Positions 11,300-22,724 of a stretch of 64,000 nt of DNA are shown one piece after another. The first letter of the stretch is position 1, and every line of letters begins with the position of its first letter. The DNA is from an uncultured Methanosarcinaceae archaeon (GTDB lineage Archaea > Halobacteriota > Methanosarcinia > Methanosarcinales > Methanosarcinaceae). Position numbers and translations under genes: made by a program. The notes under the pieces were generated by a model, which was not told the origin of the DNA, did not search any database, and saw nothing but the letters and a program-made list of their open reading frames with translations. The DNA is taken from positions 288,001 through 352,000 of the forward strand of contig CAVSHT010000004.1 of assembly GCA_963727895.1 (NCBI GenBank), written 5' to 3'.

Positions 11300-12253
11300 T
11301 TGAGAGTCATGGAGCAACAGCATGTAAAGGCAAATATTCAGGTAGTTGCCGCATCCGTTATTTACGGGTTTTCAGGAATTTTTTTTGTATATGTAAAGAA
11401 TATGTCCGCAGGGTCCGTTGTGTTTTACCAGCTTCTTTTAGGGCTTGTTGCTCTTGCGGCCTATCTGGCAGTAACTGGAAAGCTGTCAGGAATTAAGTTC
11501 CGAGGGAAGCGAAAAACCCTGATATTGCTTGGAGCATGGCAGGCGGGGGCAATGGTCTCTTATTATACGGCTATAAACTTTACAAATGTCTCAATATCTG
11601 TACTTTTGCTTTATACAGCTCCATTTTATGTTTTACTGTTTGCTCCTATCATCTTGAAAGAAAAATATAGTAGAAAAAGTCTTTCTGCACTGATTATTTC
11701 TTTTGTGGGCGTGATAATTGTTATCGGTCCTGAAAACCTTATTTCGGGCTCAAAACTTGAGCCTGGATATCTTTTTGGAGTTCTTATGGGGCTTTTTTCA
11801 GGGCTTTGCTACGCCTGCGTTACTGTGACTTCTCGCTACCTTAGAGACGAATATTCAGGTATTGAACAGATCCTTATCTCAACCTGCATAACACTTTTAC
11901 TGCTGTTTCCTTTTATAACGCAGGCTTCGACAAAATCCCTTCTAGATAATCTGCCTCTTCTCCTTTTTCTCGGACTAACAATCACTTCAATAGGCTCAAT
12001 TCTTTATTTTACAGGGCTTGAACATGTAAAAGCCCAGAATGCAAGCATACTTTCCCTGCTTGAGCCTGTAAGCACGATATTTTTTGCTTATCTCCTCTTA
12101 AAAGATCCCATATCCATAAAAACCCTTATAGGCTGCATACTTATCCTTTCCAGTTCTGTTCTGTCAAGCCTTGAAGATGAGGCAAAATATAAGGACGAAG
12201 ATAAAGTGAATAAGTCTGAAATCTTGCTGCTAAAAAAGGAAAAAACAGAATGA
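11300..12253 (+). CDS. EamA/DMT-family transporter
   Basis: About 10 TM segments, LLYTAP and LLEPV motifs. Confidence 0.88.
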   Translation: MRVMEQQHVKANIQVVAASVIYGFSGIFFVYVKNMSAGSVVFYQLLLGLVALAAYLAVTGKLSGIKFRGKRKTLILLGAWQAGAMVSYYTAINFTNVSISVLLLYTAPFYVLLFAPIILKEKYSRKSLSALIISFVGVIIVIGPENLISGSKLEPGYLFGVLMGLFSGLCYACVTVTSRYLRDEYSGIEQILISTCITLLLLFPFITQASTKSLLDNLPLLLFLGLTITSIGSILYFTGLEHVKAQNASILSLLEPVSTIFFAYLLLKDPISIKTLIGCILILSSSVLSSLEDEAKYKDEDKVNKSEILLLKKEKTE

Positions 12254-12336
12254 TCTGGGTGTAGTGAAAATAAATAAAGTTATGGAGTTTTTAGTAAAGA
12301 ATGCTTTTGTTATAAAAGTGTCCTACATTTTCTCTT

Positions 12337-13076
12337 GGCATTGTTACTTAACTATATCTAGTTCTTTATTTCTGTATTTCATCAATAGAATAACCGAGTA
12401 CTTTAGCATTTCAAGACTTTTTGTATAACACTTTGTCTTTCTTCTTAATCTTGCTAGAAAATGCCTCAATATGCTGTTATATCCTTCAACTGTAAATGTT
12501 TCTGCTTTGGATTGAGTATGACTCTTTTCTGGAATAAACTCTGCATATGCTCTCCAGTGATCTGTCAGCATTTCTCCAATTTATTTTTTCTTCAATTTTT
12601 CCCAGAGTAGTTTTCCAGTTTCTGTTTTTCTGCTACCAAAAGAGCAGTTGATGAACTTTTTCCCAACTCTATCAACAGCAATCCAGATCCAGCAATATTT
12701 TTTTTGTTACCAATGTAAGTGTTCATTTCATCCATTTCAACAATAGATATCTCATTTTCACTTTTTAGATCCTCTAACTCCTGACCAAATTTCGTTATCC
12801 ATTTTTGGACAGAAACATGACTCACCCCTAAAACTCTTCCTATTGAGCGAAAGCCCAATCCTTCAAGATAGAGTTGTAAAGCCTGTTTTTTGACATAAGT
12901 GGAAAAAGCAGTTGATTTTAGCTCTACTGTATAGTTATATCCATAATCATGGCATTTGTAGCGTTGACGCCCACCAACTATACCATTCTTTTTGTGACTG
13001 GAACTATTGCATCTGGGGCAGTTAATGAAGAAATAGAGGTTCTCATAATAAATAACTATAGTTAATTAGCAAAGCC
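12337..13076 (-). mobile_element. IS1-family element, 740 bp, inactivated
   Basis: Terminal IRs; TSD TTTCTCTT; ATT in place of ATG; TAA in insB frame. Confidence 0.96.
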
Positions 13077-13567
13077 TTTCTCTTTATTCATAAATTCTGC
13101 AGGGTATGTTAGCGCCACTGCAACTTTGATATTCATATCATAAATATTTACAATTCATTTCATGCTCAAAAGTTCTATTCATTATTGTAACTATATAACT
13201 TATAACAATGATTTTGAGTTTTAGGATCAGCTTATAAAAGAATATTCTTGCTTTTTATATATTATTATGCAGAAAAACTTTGGTAAGAATTGGAGAGTAT
13301 TTTTACTTTAGTAATCTTTATTTAGGTTTATTTTATAGATCAAGGGGTTTCTAATTAATTACAAAATTAATTCAAAATTATATAAATCAGTATTATATAT
13401 ATTTTAAAACGGTTAAGATATATTGTAGAAAAGGTTTTATTCCAATTTGTGTCAATTTCAAGTCAAATTCTCAATTAGCCCAAATTTTATGAGCATAAAT
13501 AGGTCTTAAAAACTCTTGGTTTACAACTTTACAGATACAATGAGACATTGTTAGGAGAAAACGGTAA

Positions 13568-14509
13568 ATGCCCGATAAACTAGATCTCTCAATCATAATT
13601 CCGGTTTGTAATGAAGGAGAGAACGTAGGGGAACTATATAATCAATTGCGTTTAATTCTTTCTAGACTGGGTAAAACTTCGGAAGTTATTTTTATAGATG
13701 ATGGATCAATTGATGATACTTTTACGAAATTAAAAGCAATCAAAGATAGCAGAGTTAAAATTGTGCGGTTTCAGAGGAACTATGGAAAATCTGCGGCTCT
13801 CTCCTGTGGGTTTAAAAAATCAAGGGGAAAACTTGTTATTACAATGGATGGAGATCTGCAGGACGATCCTAAAGAAATTCCCAATTTTCTAGAGAAATTA
13901 AACGAATATGATATGGTTTCCGGCTGGAAGATTAACAGACAGGATCCTGTTTCAAAGACTATTCCCTCAAAATTCTTCAATGCATTGACCCGACATATCA
14001 CAGGAGTCAACATTCATGACTTCAATTGTGGATTTAAAGGATATAAAAATTATGTTGTAAAAAACTTAAGATTATATGGAGAGTTCCATCGCTATATTCC
14101 AGCTTTAGCTCACTGGAGAGGTTATAGTGTAGGAGAAATTGAAGTAGAACACCATCCTAGAATACATGGAAAATCAAAATATGGAATTGAAAGACTTTTT
14201 AAAGGTTTTCTGGATCTAATTACAGTCACATTTTTAAATCTGTACAAGAAAAGGCCTCTTCACATATTTGGAGGTATTGGCTTCTTGCTAATATTCATAG
14301 CAATAATTATAAATCTGTACATGGTCTTTATCTGGTTCCAGGGCATCAAAATTGGATCCAGGCCGCTCCTTCTGTTAGGAATACTACTTATGGTTGTTGG
14401 AGCTCAGTTTATTTCCCTTGGTTTAATAGGAGAAATGATCGCAAACTCGAGAAATAACGATGATTATATTATAAAGTACGATACTTATGAATTGGAAAAC
14501 GGCATTTAA
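13568..14509 (+). CDS. GT2 polyprenyl-phosphate glycosyltransferase (ArnC/GtrB-like)
   Basis: IDDGS.D, RNYGKSAAL..G, MDGDLQDDP; two C-terminal TM helices. Confidence 0.92.
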   Translation: MPDKLDLSIIIPVCNEGENVGELYNQLRLILSRLGKTSEVIFIDDGSIDDTFTKLKAIKDSRVKIVRFQRNYGKSAALSCGFKKSRGKLVITMDGDLQDDPKEIPNFLEKLNEYDMVSGWKINRQDPVSKTIPSKFFNALTRHITGVNIHDFNCGFKGYKNYVVKNLRLYGEFHRYIPALAHWRGYSVGEIEVEHHPRIHGKSKYGIERLFKGFLDLITVTFLNLYKKRPLHIFGGIGFLLIFIAIIINLYMVFIWFQGIKIGSRPLLLLGILLMVVGAQFISLGLIGEMIANSRNNDDYIIKYDTYELENGI

Positions 14510-15380
14510 AATCGTAGTTACTTCAGGTTTAATGATTTACCTTATAGTTAAACTTGACCTGAAGACAATTTACGAAACATTTACTCAGATGAATCTGGGA
14601 TTACTTTCTCTATCATTACCTTTTATTGTTTTGATGTACCTGCTCAAAGCGAGGAAATGGCAGACTTTACTTGACTGTATAGATGTCAAAATCCCAGTAA
14701 AACGGTCACTAGAAATAATCTTAATAGGTAACTTTTATGGTTCTCTTACTCCGGGAAGAGCGGGAGAAGTTTCAAGAGCTTTTTATTTAGATGCTGAAAG
14801 CTCCAGAAGTATACCAACTGTAGTAATGGACAGAGTTATAGATATGATCTGTCTTCTAATTTTAAGTATATTATCTATAGTTTTCTTTTTCAAAGACAAA
14901 AATTTAATCTATATTATGGCACCGATGACAATGATTTTTATAGCTGGAATAGTTGTCATCACAAATGAAAAAATTGTCAATCTTATTTTTGGAATATTTT
15001 CTAAAAATACTGGATTCAAAGAAAATTATATTAAAACAATAAACGAAATTACTGGAAATAAAAAAGCAGTTTTTTCTGTATTTGTGCTAACCCTTGGATA
15101 TTACTTGCTGAACTTACTTGTGTACTGGATAGTAATAAAATCTTTAAATCCATCATTAAATAGCTTACTTACTTTTTCTCTTCCAATAGTAGTAGTTTTG
15201 GGTAATTTTCCAATATCTATATCAGGGTTTGGGGTTCGAGAATTTGTAAGCGTTACAATATTTAAGTTATTGAATGAAAGTTCTGCATATGGTTTTTCCT
15301 GCTCTGTAATTCTATATTTCATAACTACATTATTACCAGCAGTATTTGGATTCCTGCTCACTTTAAGGAAAAAATCTTAA
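14487..15380 (+). CDS. Lysylphosphatidylglycerol-synthase-TM / flippase-like membrane protein
   Basis: TPGRAGE..R, DR..D and PISISGFGVRE motifs. Confidence 0.85.
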   Translation: MNWKTAFKIVVTSGLMIYLIVKLDLKTIYETFTQMNLGLLSLSLPFIVLMYLLKARKWQTLLDCIDVKIPVKRSLEIILIGNFYGSLTPGRAGEVSRAFYLDAESSRSIPTVVMDRVIDMICLLILSILSIVFFFKDKNLIYIMAPMTMIFIAGIVVITNEKIVNLIFGIFSKNTGFKENYIKTINEITGNKKAVFSVFVLTLGYYLLNLLVYWIVIKSLNPSLNSLLTFSLPIVVVLGNFPISISGFGVREFVSVTIFKLLNESSAYGFSCSVILYFITTLLPAVFGFLLTLRKKS

Positions 15381-15549
15381 AACTCAATGATTCAGGTAAA
15401 ATTTCAATGAAAGTGTATAAAAAGATAAAATATAATGTTTAGAATAGTCAAATACAAAAATGAGATAACACTCAAAACGAAATGACAAAAAATTTAGATA
15501 ACTTTGGGATTAAAAACAAAAAACATGCGTTTTAAACAGGAGGGGTTAG

Positions 15550-16137
15550 ATGAACCAGAACAAGAGTAGAAATTACAAAAAATACAATTCAAAAAATCCG
15601 CTTATGGGCATAGTGATAAATAATTTTATTAAAAATTTGAATGAAACTGTAGCTCCTTTAAAAAATATAAATGACGTCATTGATATAGGCTGTGGAGAAG
15701 GATTTGTTATAAATTCTCTGGATTTCCCAAAAATAACAGGCGTTGATATTTCAAGAAATGCTTTAAGAATTGCAAAGGAAAAAAATCCAGAATGTAATTT
15801 TTGTTCAGGAAGTATATATGACATTTCCTTTAAAGAAAACAGTTTTGATCTTGTTATAGCAACAGAAGTACTGGAACACCTCGAAAAACCAGAATTAGCC
15901 CTTCAGGAAATCAAAAGAATCTCTAAAAATTACTGTATTATTAGCGTGCCTAATGAACCTTATTTCTGTGCAATGAACTTTTTGCAAGGTAAAAATTTTA
16001 CACGTTTTGGGAATGATCTTGAACACGTTCAAAAATGGAGTTCAGAAAAATTCGTGCATTTCGTAGAAACTTACTTCGAAGTTTTAGAAGTTCGAAAGCC
16101 ATTTCCCTGGACAATGGTGCTATGTAAAAATAACTAA
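15550..16137 (+). CDS. Class I SAM-dependent methyltransferase
   Basis: DIGCGEG, GVDIS, FDLVIATEVLEHL. Confidence 0.9.
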   Translation: MNQNKSRNYKKYNSKNPLMGIVINNFIKNLNETVAPLKNINDVIDIGCGEGFVINSLDFPKITGVDISRNALRIAKEKNPECNFCSGSIYDISFKENSFDLVIATEVLEHLEKPELALQEIKRISKNYCIISVPNEPYFCAMNFLQGKNFTRFGNDLEHVQKWSSEKFVHFVETYFEVLEVRKPFPWTMVLCKNN

Positions 16138-16139
16138 TC

Positions 16140-16180
16140 AACTAACCAATTAACTAACCAATTAACTAACCAATTAACTA
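16140..16180. repeat. 12-bp tandem repeat AACTAACCAATT x3
   Basis: Read directly. Confidence 0.85.
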
Positions 16181-16358
16181 AATAAATGAATAAACCAAAT
16201 GTCTCGGTAAAAATCTTCTAAAACAACTGATCTCAATTAACTTGATCTAAATGGCCGAATATTTATGTTTAATTAAGTTTCATGAGACTTTTTTAGATAG
16301 ATTTGCTACAAAGCCAACAAAATTACTTTAAGATATAAAAGTAAAAAATGTTCTGGAA

Positions 16359-18599
16359 TTGGGAGACAATTTCATGGAAATTGAAAAAACGCCTGGCCTG
16401 GCAAAGAAAATAATTAATAAAAATAATAATAAGGTTAATACCCATAAATACTTTAATAATCTACGGGAATATTCTTTAGTGGGAATAGCATATACCTTTT
16501 TGACAGCTATTCTTACCTATCCTGTTTTATTTAAGATAAAAACAGATATTCCTGGAACGGCTGCTGATTCTTTTCAGTGGATGAGAATCTTATGGTACAC
16601 AAAAGTGGCAATACAGAATCCAAATTTAACTTCTTTAACACATGACAATCTACTTTTTTATCCAAATGGTATCGACTCAACACCATTTTCATCAGCATTT
16701 AATCAAATACTATATGTATTAATGTCTCCCTTTTTAGAGCTACACGTTATATACACACTATTATGGCTCTTAACTTTTATAATAGGAGCTATTGGTTCGT
16801 ATCTACTGGTAAAATATCTTACAGATAATAAATATGCTGCCTTTATTGCAGGAATTATATTTGCATTTTCTCCATATCACTTTTCCAGAGGACTCTATTT
16901 TTTTGGAGCAGCAAATGTTGAATGGTTTCCTTTTTGTACGCTGTTTCTTATGAAAACAGTTAAAGAAGGAGGAACAAAAAACTCTGTCCTTGCAGGAATA
17001 TTTTTCATTCTAGTAGCAATGAGTGATCTTCAATATATGCTATTTATGGGGATCTTTACAGGATTTGTATTTTTATATGATTTTTTCATAAATATCAAGT
17101 TTAAAAATAACTTTATTTATTCTTTGAAAGAAATTATCAAAAAATATGTCATTTTTGGCGTGGTTAGTTTTCTTGGAATCCTGCCTTTAACAATAAACGA
17201 AATATCTATTGCACTTTCAAAGGAAAACTTCTTAAAGCCTAATGTTAACGATATTCCAAAATTATCAAACGATGTGATGAGTTTTTTCCTTCCTTCGAAT
17301 TTGCATCCGTTGCTTGGTCAATTTACATCAAACTTATATTCAAATCTTCCAAGCTGGCCTGCTGAAAGAGTAAATTATATTGGATATATTGTTCTGGTTC
17401 TTTCAGCCTTTGCATTTCTTAAATCAAGGAGAAAACCCGACATAAAGTTCTGGTTGATATCTACAGCTTTCTTTACAATAGTTAGTCTAGGACCCATAGT
17501 ACATTTTAACGGTGGATCTACTTTTACTGATTTAAATCTGAAGATACAACTTCCATATCAACTGTTTTCTGATACAATTCCATTTCTGAAGAATTGCAGA
17601 ACAGTTGGTAGATTTTTTGTTCTCGCTACACTTGGATACGCTGTGTTAGGAGGATATGGTTTTTCGGAATTACTTAAGTATAAACCCGACCGAAAAAAGC
17701 TTCTCTTTTCCATAGTAGGAGTTCTTTTAATTTTTGAATACTTGTGTATTCCATACCCAACTTCGCAGGTAAATGTTCCTGAATTTTACAATACAATTAG
17801 CAATGACACTGATAACTATGCTTTGCTTGAAATTCCTCAAAACGCTAACGCAGGGTATATGACTTTTGAGTATTTATACTATCAGACAGTCCATAATAAA
17901 TCTCTTGTAGGTGGATATGCAGCAAGATATCCAGCCAATGTTAGTGATTTCCAAACTCAAACTCCATTTATTAAAGAACTACAACATTATTCCTTAGGAA
18001 CTCAGGACATTTTACAGCAGGATGTAACTGAAATAGGTACTTCGGCCTTAAATGCCAATAATATAAGATACGTTATTATCCATAAGGATCAGTTGTCTAA
18101 TGAACAGCTAAGCTTTTTAACTGATTTACTGGCCCGGACATTGAAAACTGAACCAGAAACATATGATAAAGATCAGCTAATTGTGTATCGTGTTCCTAAT
18201 GAAACAATTCGTCCGTTTATGCTTTTAGGTGATAGATGGAATCAGTTGGAGAATTGGGATGGCACAGCGACAAGATGGATATCGAACAATGCTACGCTGT
18301 TAATTTATTCAGGTGTTGCTGAAAATGCAACATTAAAACTCAAAGCATGCAGCTTCAATTCTCCAAGAACACTGGAGGTGTATAATGGAAACATTCTCCA
18401 AAGTAAACAGAGTATCAACACTAATTTAAACACAGTAAGTATTCCCGTCACCTTAAATAATGGGAAGAATATTATTCTTTTAAATGTACCTGAAGGTACA
18501 GAAAGACCATGTGACTTCCAAGAACTAAATAATAATGATACACGGAGATTGAGTATAGCAATTCAGGATGTTCAGTTGATTAATTCAACTGGAATTTAA
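16359..18599 (+). CDS. Large polytopic membrane protein, probable GT-C-fold glycosyltransferase (YfhO-like)
   Basis: More than 10 TM segments; conserved D in first loop, FYPNG, FAFSPYH, R..GRF, YYQTVH...VGGY; extracellular C-terminal beta domain. Confidence 0.7.
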   Translation: MGDNFMEIEKTPGLAKKIINKNNNKVNTHKYFNNLREYSLVGIAYTFLTAILTYPVLFKIKTDIPGTAADSFQWMRILWYTKVAIQNPNLTSLTHDNLLFYPNGIDSTPFSSAFNQILYVLMSPFLELHVIYTLLWLLTFIIGAIGSYLLVKYLTDNKYAAFIAGIIFAFSPYHFSRGLYFFGAANVEWFPFCTLFLMKTVKEGGTKNSVLAGIFFILVAMSDLQYMLFMGIFTGFVFLYDFFINIKFKNNFIYSLKEIIKKYVIFGVVSFLGILPLTINEISIALSKENFLKPNVNDIPKLSNDVMSFFLPSNLHPLLGQFTSNLYSNLPSWPAERVNYIGYIVLVLSAFAFLKSRRKPDIKFWLISTAFFTIVSLGPIVHFNGGSTFTDLNLKIQLPYQLFSDTIPFLKNCRTVGRFFVLATLGYAVLGGYGFSELLKYKPDRKKLLFSIVGVLLIFEYLCIPYPTSQVNVPEFYNTISNDTDNYALLEIPQNANAGYMTFEYLYYQTVHNKSLVGGYAARYPANVSDFQTQTPFIKELQHYSLGTQDILQQDVTEIGTSALNANNIRYVIIHKDQLSNEQLSFLTDLLARTLKTEPETYDKDQLIVYRVPNETIRPFMLLGDRWNQLENWDGTATRWISNNATLLIYSGVAENATLKLKACSFNSPRTLEVYNGNILQSKQSINTNLNTVSIPVTLNNGKNIILLNVPEGTERPCDFQELNNNDTRRLSIAIQDVQLINSTGI

Positions 18600-18681
18600 T
18601 AAATTAAAAATAGTTTCAAGCCTCAATATAATTCATGAAGTGGGAAAACCATAATTCTTTCCCTTATTCATATAAAAATTT

Positions 18682-19421
18682 GGCTTTGCTAATTAACTAT
18701 AGTTATTTATTATGAGAACCTCTATTTCTTCATTAACTGCCCCAGATGCAATAGTTCCAGTCACAAAAAGAATGGTATAGTTGGTGGGCGTCAACGCTAC
18801 AAATGCCATGATTGTGGATATAACTATACAGTAGAGCTAAAATCAACTGCTTTTTTCACTTATGTCAAAAAACAGGCTTTACAACTTTACTTTGAAGGAT
18901 TGGGCTTTCGCTCAATAGAAAGAGTTTTAGGGGTAAGTCATGTTTCTGTCCAAAAATGGATCAAGAAATTTGGTCAAGAGTAAGAGAACCTAAAAAGTGA
19001 AAGTGAGATATCTATTGTTGAAATGGATAAAATGCACACTCACATCGGTAACAAAAAAAATATTGCTGGATCTGGATTGCTGTTGATAGAATTGGGAAAA
19101 AGTTCATCAACTGCTCTTTTGGTAGCAGAGGAACGAAAACTGGAAAACTACTCTGGGAAAAATTGAAGAAAAAAGACATTGGAGAAGTGATGATAGATCA
19201 CTGGAGAGCATATGCAGAGTTTATTCCAGAAAAGATCCATACTCAATCAAAAGCAGAAACATTTACAGTTGAGGGATATAACAGCATATTGAGGTATTTT
19301 CTGGCAAGGTTGAGAAGAAAGACAAAGTGTTATACGAAGAGTCTTGAAATGCTAAAGTACTCGGTTATTCTATTGATGAAATACAGAAATAAAGAACTAG
19401 ATATAGTTAAGTAACAATGCC
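18682..19421 (+). mobile_element. IS1-family element, 740 bp, inactivated
   Basis: Terminal IRs; TSD AAAAATTT; ATT start; TAA in insA. Confidence 0.96.
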
Positions 19422-19502
19422 AAAAATTTTAAAAAACGCCTGTAAATTTCTTTTATAGTTTATGTATTATGAGATCTACTTTATTTTTTAGATGTATTTT
19501 TA

Positions 19503-20054
19503 TTAATCAGGTTTTGTTACAAAGACCATAGCTGCTACAACCGTTGTCCATTTTCCATCCTTATCGCCGTTTGCGGTCTGACAAATATGGAATGTATCAA
19601 AAATGTGCCCGCTTGCTTTATACACCTGTTCTCTCTCATGCCATGCCATCTCAGCATCAAACTCTATTCCCAGAGTAGTTGCAAGCATTGTTGCTGCCAG
19701 GTCTTCAGCATATTCTCCTGCGGGAATTTCTTCTTCTCCAAAAGAGTGATGTTCAGAAATATAACCGTAGTTTTCTTCATTTACAGGAACCGCAGTTCCG
19801 ATAGCTGAAGCTATTAACCGATGGGGCTCATTAGTCTCATTCCTTGCAAGTACACAATGGACAATGGCACCAGGTTTTAACTCGCTGACTCCTTCTTCTC
19901 TGGGTACTATTTTGCAATTCGGGGGCAGAATACTTGAAACACTTACAAGATTATATTTCTCAATTCTTGCATCCCTTAGTGCAAGTTCAAAGGATGCTAA
20001 TCTGTCTTTGTGTACCCCGGTACCCTTTGTCAAAAATGCTTTTCTTGGGATCAT
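19503..20054 (-). CDS. pdaD: Pyruvoyl-dependent arginine decarboxylase
   Basis: SFELALRDA, NLVSVSSILP self-cleavage motif, GYISE. Confidence 0.92.
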   Translation of the reverse strand: MIPRKAFLTKGTGVHKDRLASFELALRDARIEKYNLVSVSSILPPNCKIVPREEGVSELKPGAIVHCVLARNETNEPHRLIASAIGTAVPVNEENYGYISEHHSFGEEEIPAGEYAEDLAATMLATTLGIEFDAEMAWHEREQVYKASGHIFDTFHICQTANGDKDGKWTTVVAAMVFVTKPD

Positions 20055-20287
20055 GTTAACTCCTTAAGGAAATTATATGTTTACTGTGCGGTTTCCATTG
20101 TATAAGAAACCAATAATATTAAATACAATTAAAATTTTTTGAAGATTTAAGTTAACAGATTGGGCTGGTAGTACTACCTTTTATTTTCCAAACGTACACC
20201 AGAGTTATGAACTTTGTCCTTTTAACTTATAATTTTTAGAGACAGAGTAGCTTCCATAAATTAGAATCCAGAGAATTAGTATTCTCT

Positions 20288-20417
20288 GAGCCTATCCCAA
20301 AAGCTACTTTAGTCTTAATTGTTGGGAATTTTCGAAATTGTTTTCACAATCAAAAGCTTGGTTGAATATATGAAATTGAATGCCTAATAAGCAAATTTTG
20401 AGTTTTAGGATAGGCTC
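20288..20417. mobile_element. MITE-like element, 130 bp
   Basis: TIR GAGCCTATCCCAAAA / TTTTAGGATAGGCTC; flanking TCT duplication; no ORF. Confidence 0.75.
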
Positions 20418-20467
20418 TCTGTTAATTCATCAAATTTTTAATCATATTTACTCTTTATAAAGTTTCT

Positions 20468-22432
20468 TTATAGACATTCCTCATAGACATCAGAATTTGC
20501 AATCCCTTCAAATATGAATTTGGTTTCTATTGGAACTTCACTATCATGGGTTTTTATGTCTTTCTTTTTTACACTAACTGTAACCTGTTCAGGACAAAGT
20601 TCAGACTCAGCCATATAATCAAGAATTAACTTTCTCCCAAACTCATCGGCAAATTCTAAGGCTTCATTTCTTATCACAAAATGCCTTCTTCCGAGAGGAG
20701 TGTATACAAAAATGCCCTTCGTTTTAAGGTCATACTTAGACTCACTATAAAGTGTCCGCACAGTTATCTCAATACGTTTTGTTCCTTTTCCTGCAAGAGC
20801 TCCTACCGCATTTCCAACATATGAGTACTCAGGAACAAGAATCTCGGCATCTATCAACGTATTCAGTTCGTCCACATAAGCCTGTACAGGGCCTCCAAGA
20901 AGGACAACAGGGATATCTACTTTAAAACGAGAGAAGAGGCTACCTTCAATCATTTTCTGGATTTCGCTTCTATCAACTCCTTCCATCAGAAAAGCAATCA
21001 GATCTCTTGCCATGTTTCTGGCAAAGAGGTGTTTAACTCTTAAACAGAACTCATGTCTGTCAATCCCCATGAAGTTTGCAAGCAGAGTAGCACCAATTTC
21101 TGAGGCTTCTGTATCCCATTCAGTATATTCTTCAAGCACATGCAGGGCATCCGTAGGGGTAAAACCGATTGCCTGAACGAGCCTTTTTTGGATCAGAGAA
21201 TCCATTACTTTTTTTGGAGGCAAGATGTTTCGATCCCAGTAAACATCTTTGAGAGAACAAGGGTCGTTTCTTATAAGTGCAAGGAGCTCTTTTTCTTCCA
21301 TGTTCAAGTTAACAGGTTCCTGCTCTGTTCGGACAAAGAATTTTGTTGCCTGAATATGTTCGTTCAATTTGAGCCTGTCTGGAATCCAGCGTTTTTTCAG
21401 AGTGTTCATGAAATCAGGATACAGGACTGCGGCTCTGCAAAGCGGTATGACTCTTTTTGGACCTATATTTATATTTCCACTCTGAACCCAGATATGACTG
21501 TCCCCTCCCATTGCTGAAGTTTCCATGCGCAGTGCTCTGACTTTGGTCTGCCAGCCGCCAACAACTGTTCCTGCCTCACTGAGATGAGGAAGCCCTTTAT
21601 AGATAAGGGATACATCCGTACTTGTCCCTCCAACGTCAATTACAGTGCAAGTATCGCACCTGGATAGGTAAGAAGCCCCCAGAAGACTTGCTGCAGGGCC
21701 TGAAAAGACCGATTCAATAGGTTTTTTCATGGCTTCATGCATACTTACAACTGACCCGTCACAGCGAAGCATTGCAATTCTTGAGTTGAGTCCTCTCCTT
21801 TCGATTTCACTTGCTACTGTCTTTATGAAACCTTCTGCAACAGGCAGGAGCTGAGCATTGAGATAGGCAGTAACTCCTCTTTCATAAGCTCCGAGGGACT
21901 GAGCAAGTTCATGCCCGCAGACAACAGGCAGCCCTGTAAGTTCCTGGATCAGGGTCTTTACACGCAGCTCATGCTCAGGGTTTCGTACGCTGAAATAAGA
22001 AGAGACTGCAAAAGCCGAGACCTTGTCTTTTATTCCAACTACGAAATTTTCTACGGCTTGCAGGTCAAGAACCGCTACTTCTTCACCGTTACTGTCATGT
22101 CCTCCCTGCACCATGATCCAGTTTTCAATTTCAGAGTCCTCAGGGATATCATAATTTCCAATAAGGATCAAACCTACAGGATATCCTGTTTTTTCAAGAA
22201 TAGTATTGGTGGCAAGGGTGGTTGAAACCGAAACTACAGTTACCAGTTTTAACATTTCTGGGTCAAGTCCATCAATTGATTTCTTTATTCCTTCAAGAGG
22301 ATCAGGATACGTTGTCAGCGCTTTGTTTGAGCATATCACTTTTCCATCTGATTTTCGAATTAAAACCGAATCAGTATAAGTTCCACCTGCATCAATACCC
22401 AGTTCATATACCATTTTTGAATTGTATGCCAT
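20468..22432 (-). CDS. Hydantoinase/oxoprolinase family protein (ASKHA ATPase fold)
   Basis: GIDAGGTYTD, SGPAAS, DVGGTSTD, GFTPTDALH. Confidence 0.9.
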   Translation of the reverse strand: MAYNSKMVYELGIDAGGTYTDSVLIRKSDGKVICSNKALTTYPDPLEGIKKSIDGLDPEMLKLVTVVSVSTTLATNTILEKTGYPVGLILIGNYDIPEDSEIENWIMVQGGHDSNGEEVAVLDLQAVENFVVGIKDKVSAFAVSSYFSVRNPEHELRVKTLIQELTGLPVVCGHELAQSLGAYERGVTAYLNAQLLPVAEGFIKTVASEIERRGLNSRIAMLRCDGSVVSMHEAMKKPIESVFSGPAASLLGASYLSRCDTCTVIDVGGTSTDVSLIYKGLPHLSEAGTVVGGWQTKVRALRMETSAMGGDSHIWVQSGNINIGPKRVIPLCRAAVLYPDFMNTLKKRWIPDRLKLNEHIQATKFFVRTEQEPVNLNMEEKELLALIRNDPCSLKDVYWDRNILPPKKVMDSLIQKRLVQAIGFTPTDALHVLEEYTEWDTEASEIGATLLANFMGIDRHEFCLRVKHLFARNMARDLIAFLMEGVDRSEIQKMIEGSLFSRFKVDIPVVLLGGPVQAYVDELNTLIDAEILVPEYSYVGNAVGALAGKGTKRIEITVRTLYSESKYDLKTKGIFVYTPLGRRHFVIRNEALEFADEFGRKLILDYMAESELCPEQVTVSVKKKDIKTHDSEVPIETKFIFEGIANSDVYEECL

Positions 22433-22724
22433 TTTAATATCTCCATTTTTATATTTCCAGTTTTTTGTCTGCTTTTCCCTTGTTATTTGAAACTTGTTTC
22501 GTTTATGCCATTTTATTAGATGCCGATATTTTGCTTATTTAATTCAGGAGAATAAGTCATTAAGTTATCTAAAAACCTATTTTCCGAATCATAAATCTAT
22601 AATTTCTCAAATAAACAATTGTTCAGGGAAAGGCACGAAATTAAAGAATGAATACTGAATTTAGTAATTATATTATTTGCACTATTGGGGGAAATATAAA
22701 TGTTCCGGAAGGTTTTTCCGGAAC

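Noticed and set aside
12337..19421. Composite transposon carrying the glycosylation cluster between two inverted, same-subtype IS1 copies
   Set aside because: Each IS1 has its own 8-bp TSD (TTTCTCTT and AAAAATTT), so these are independent insertions
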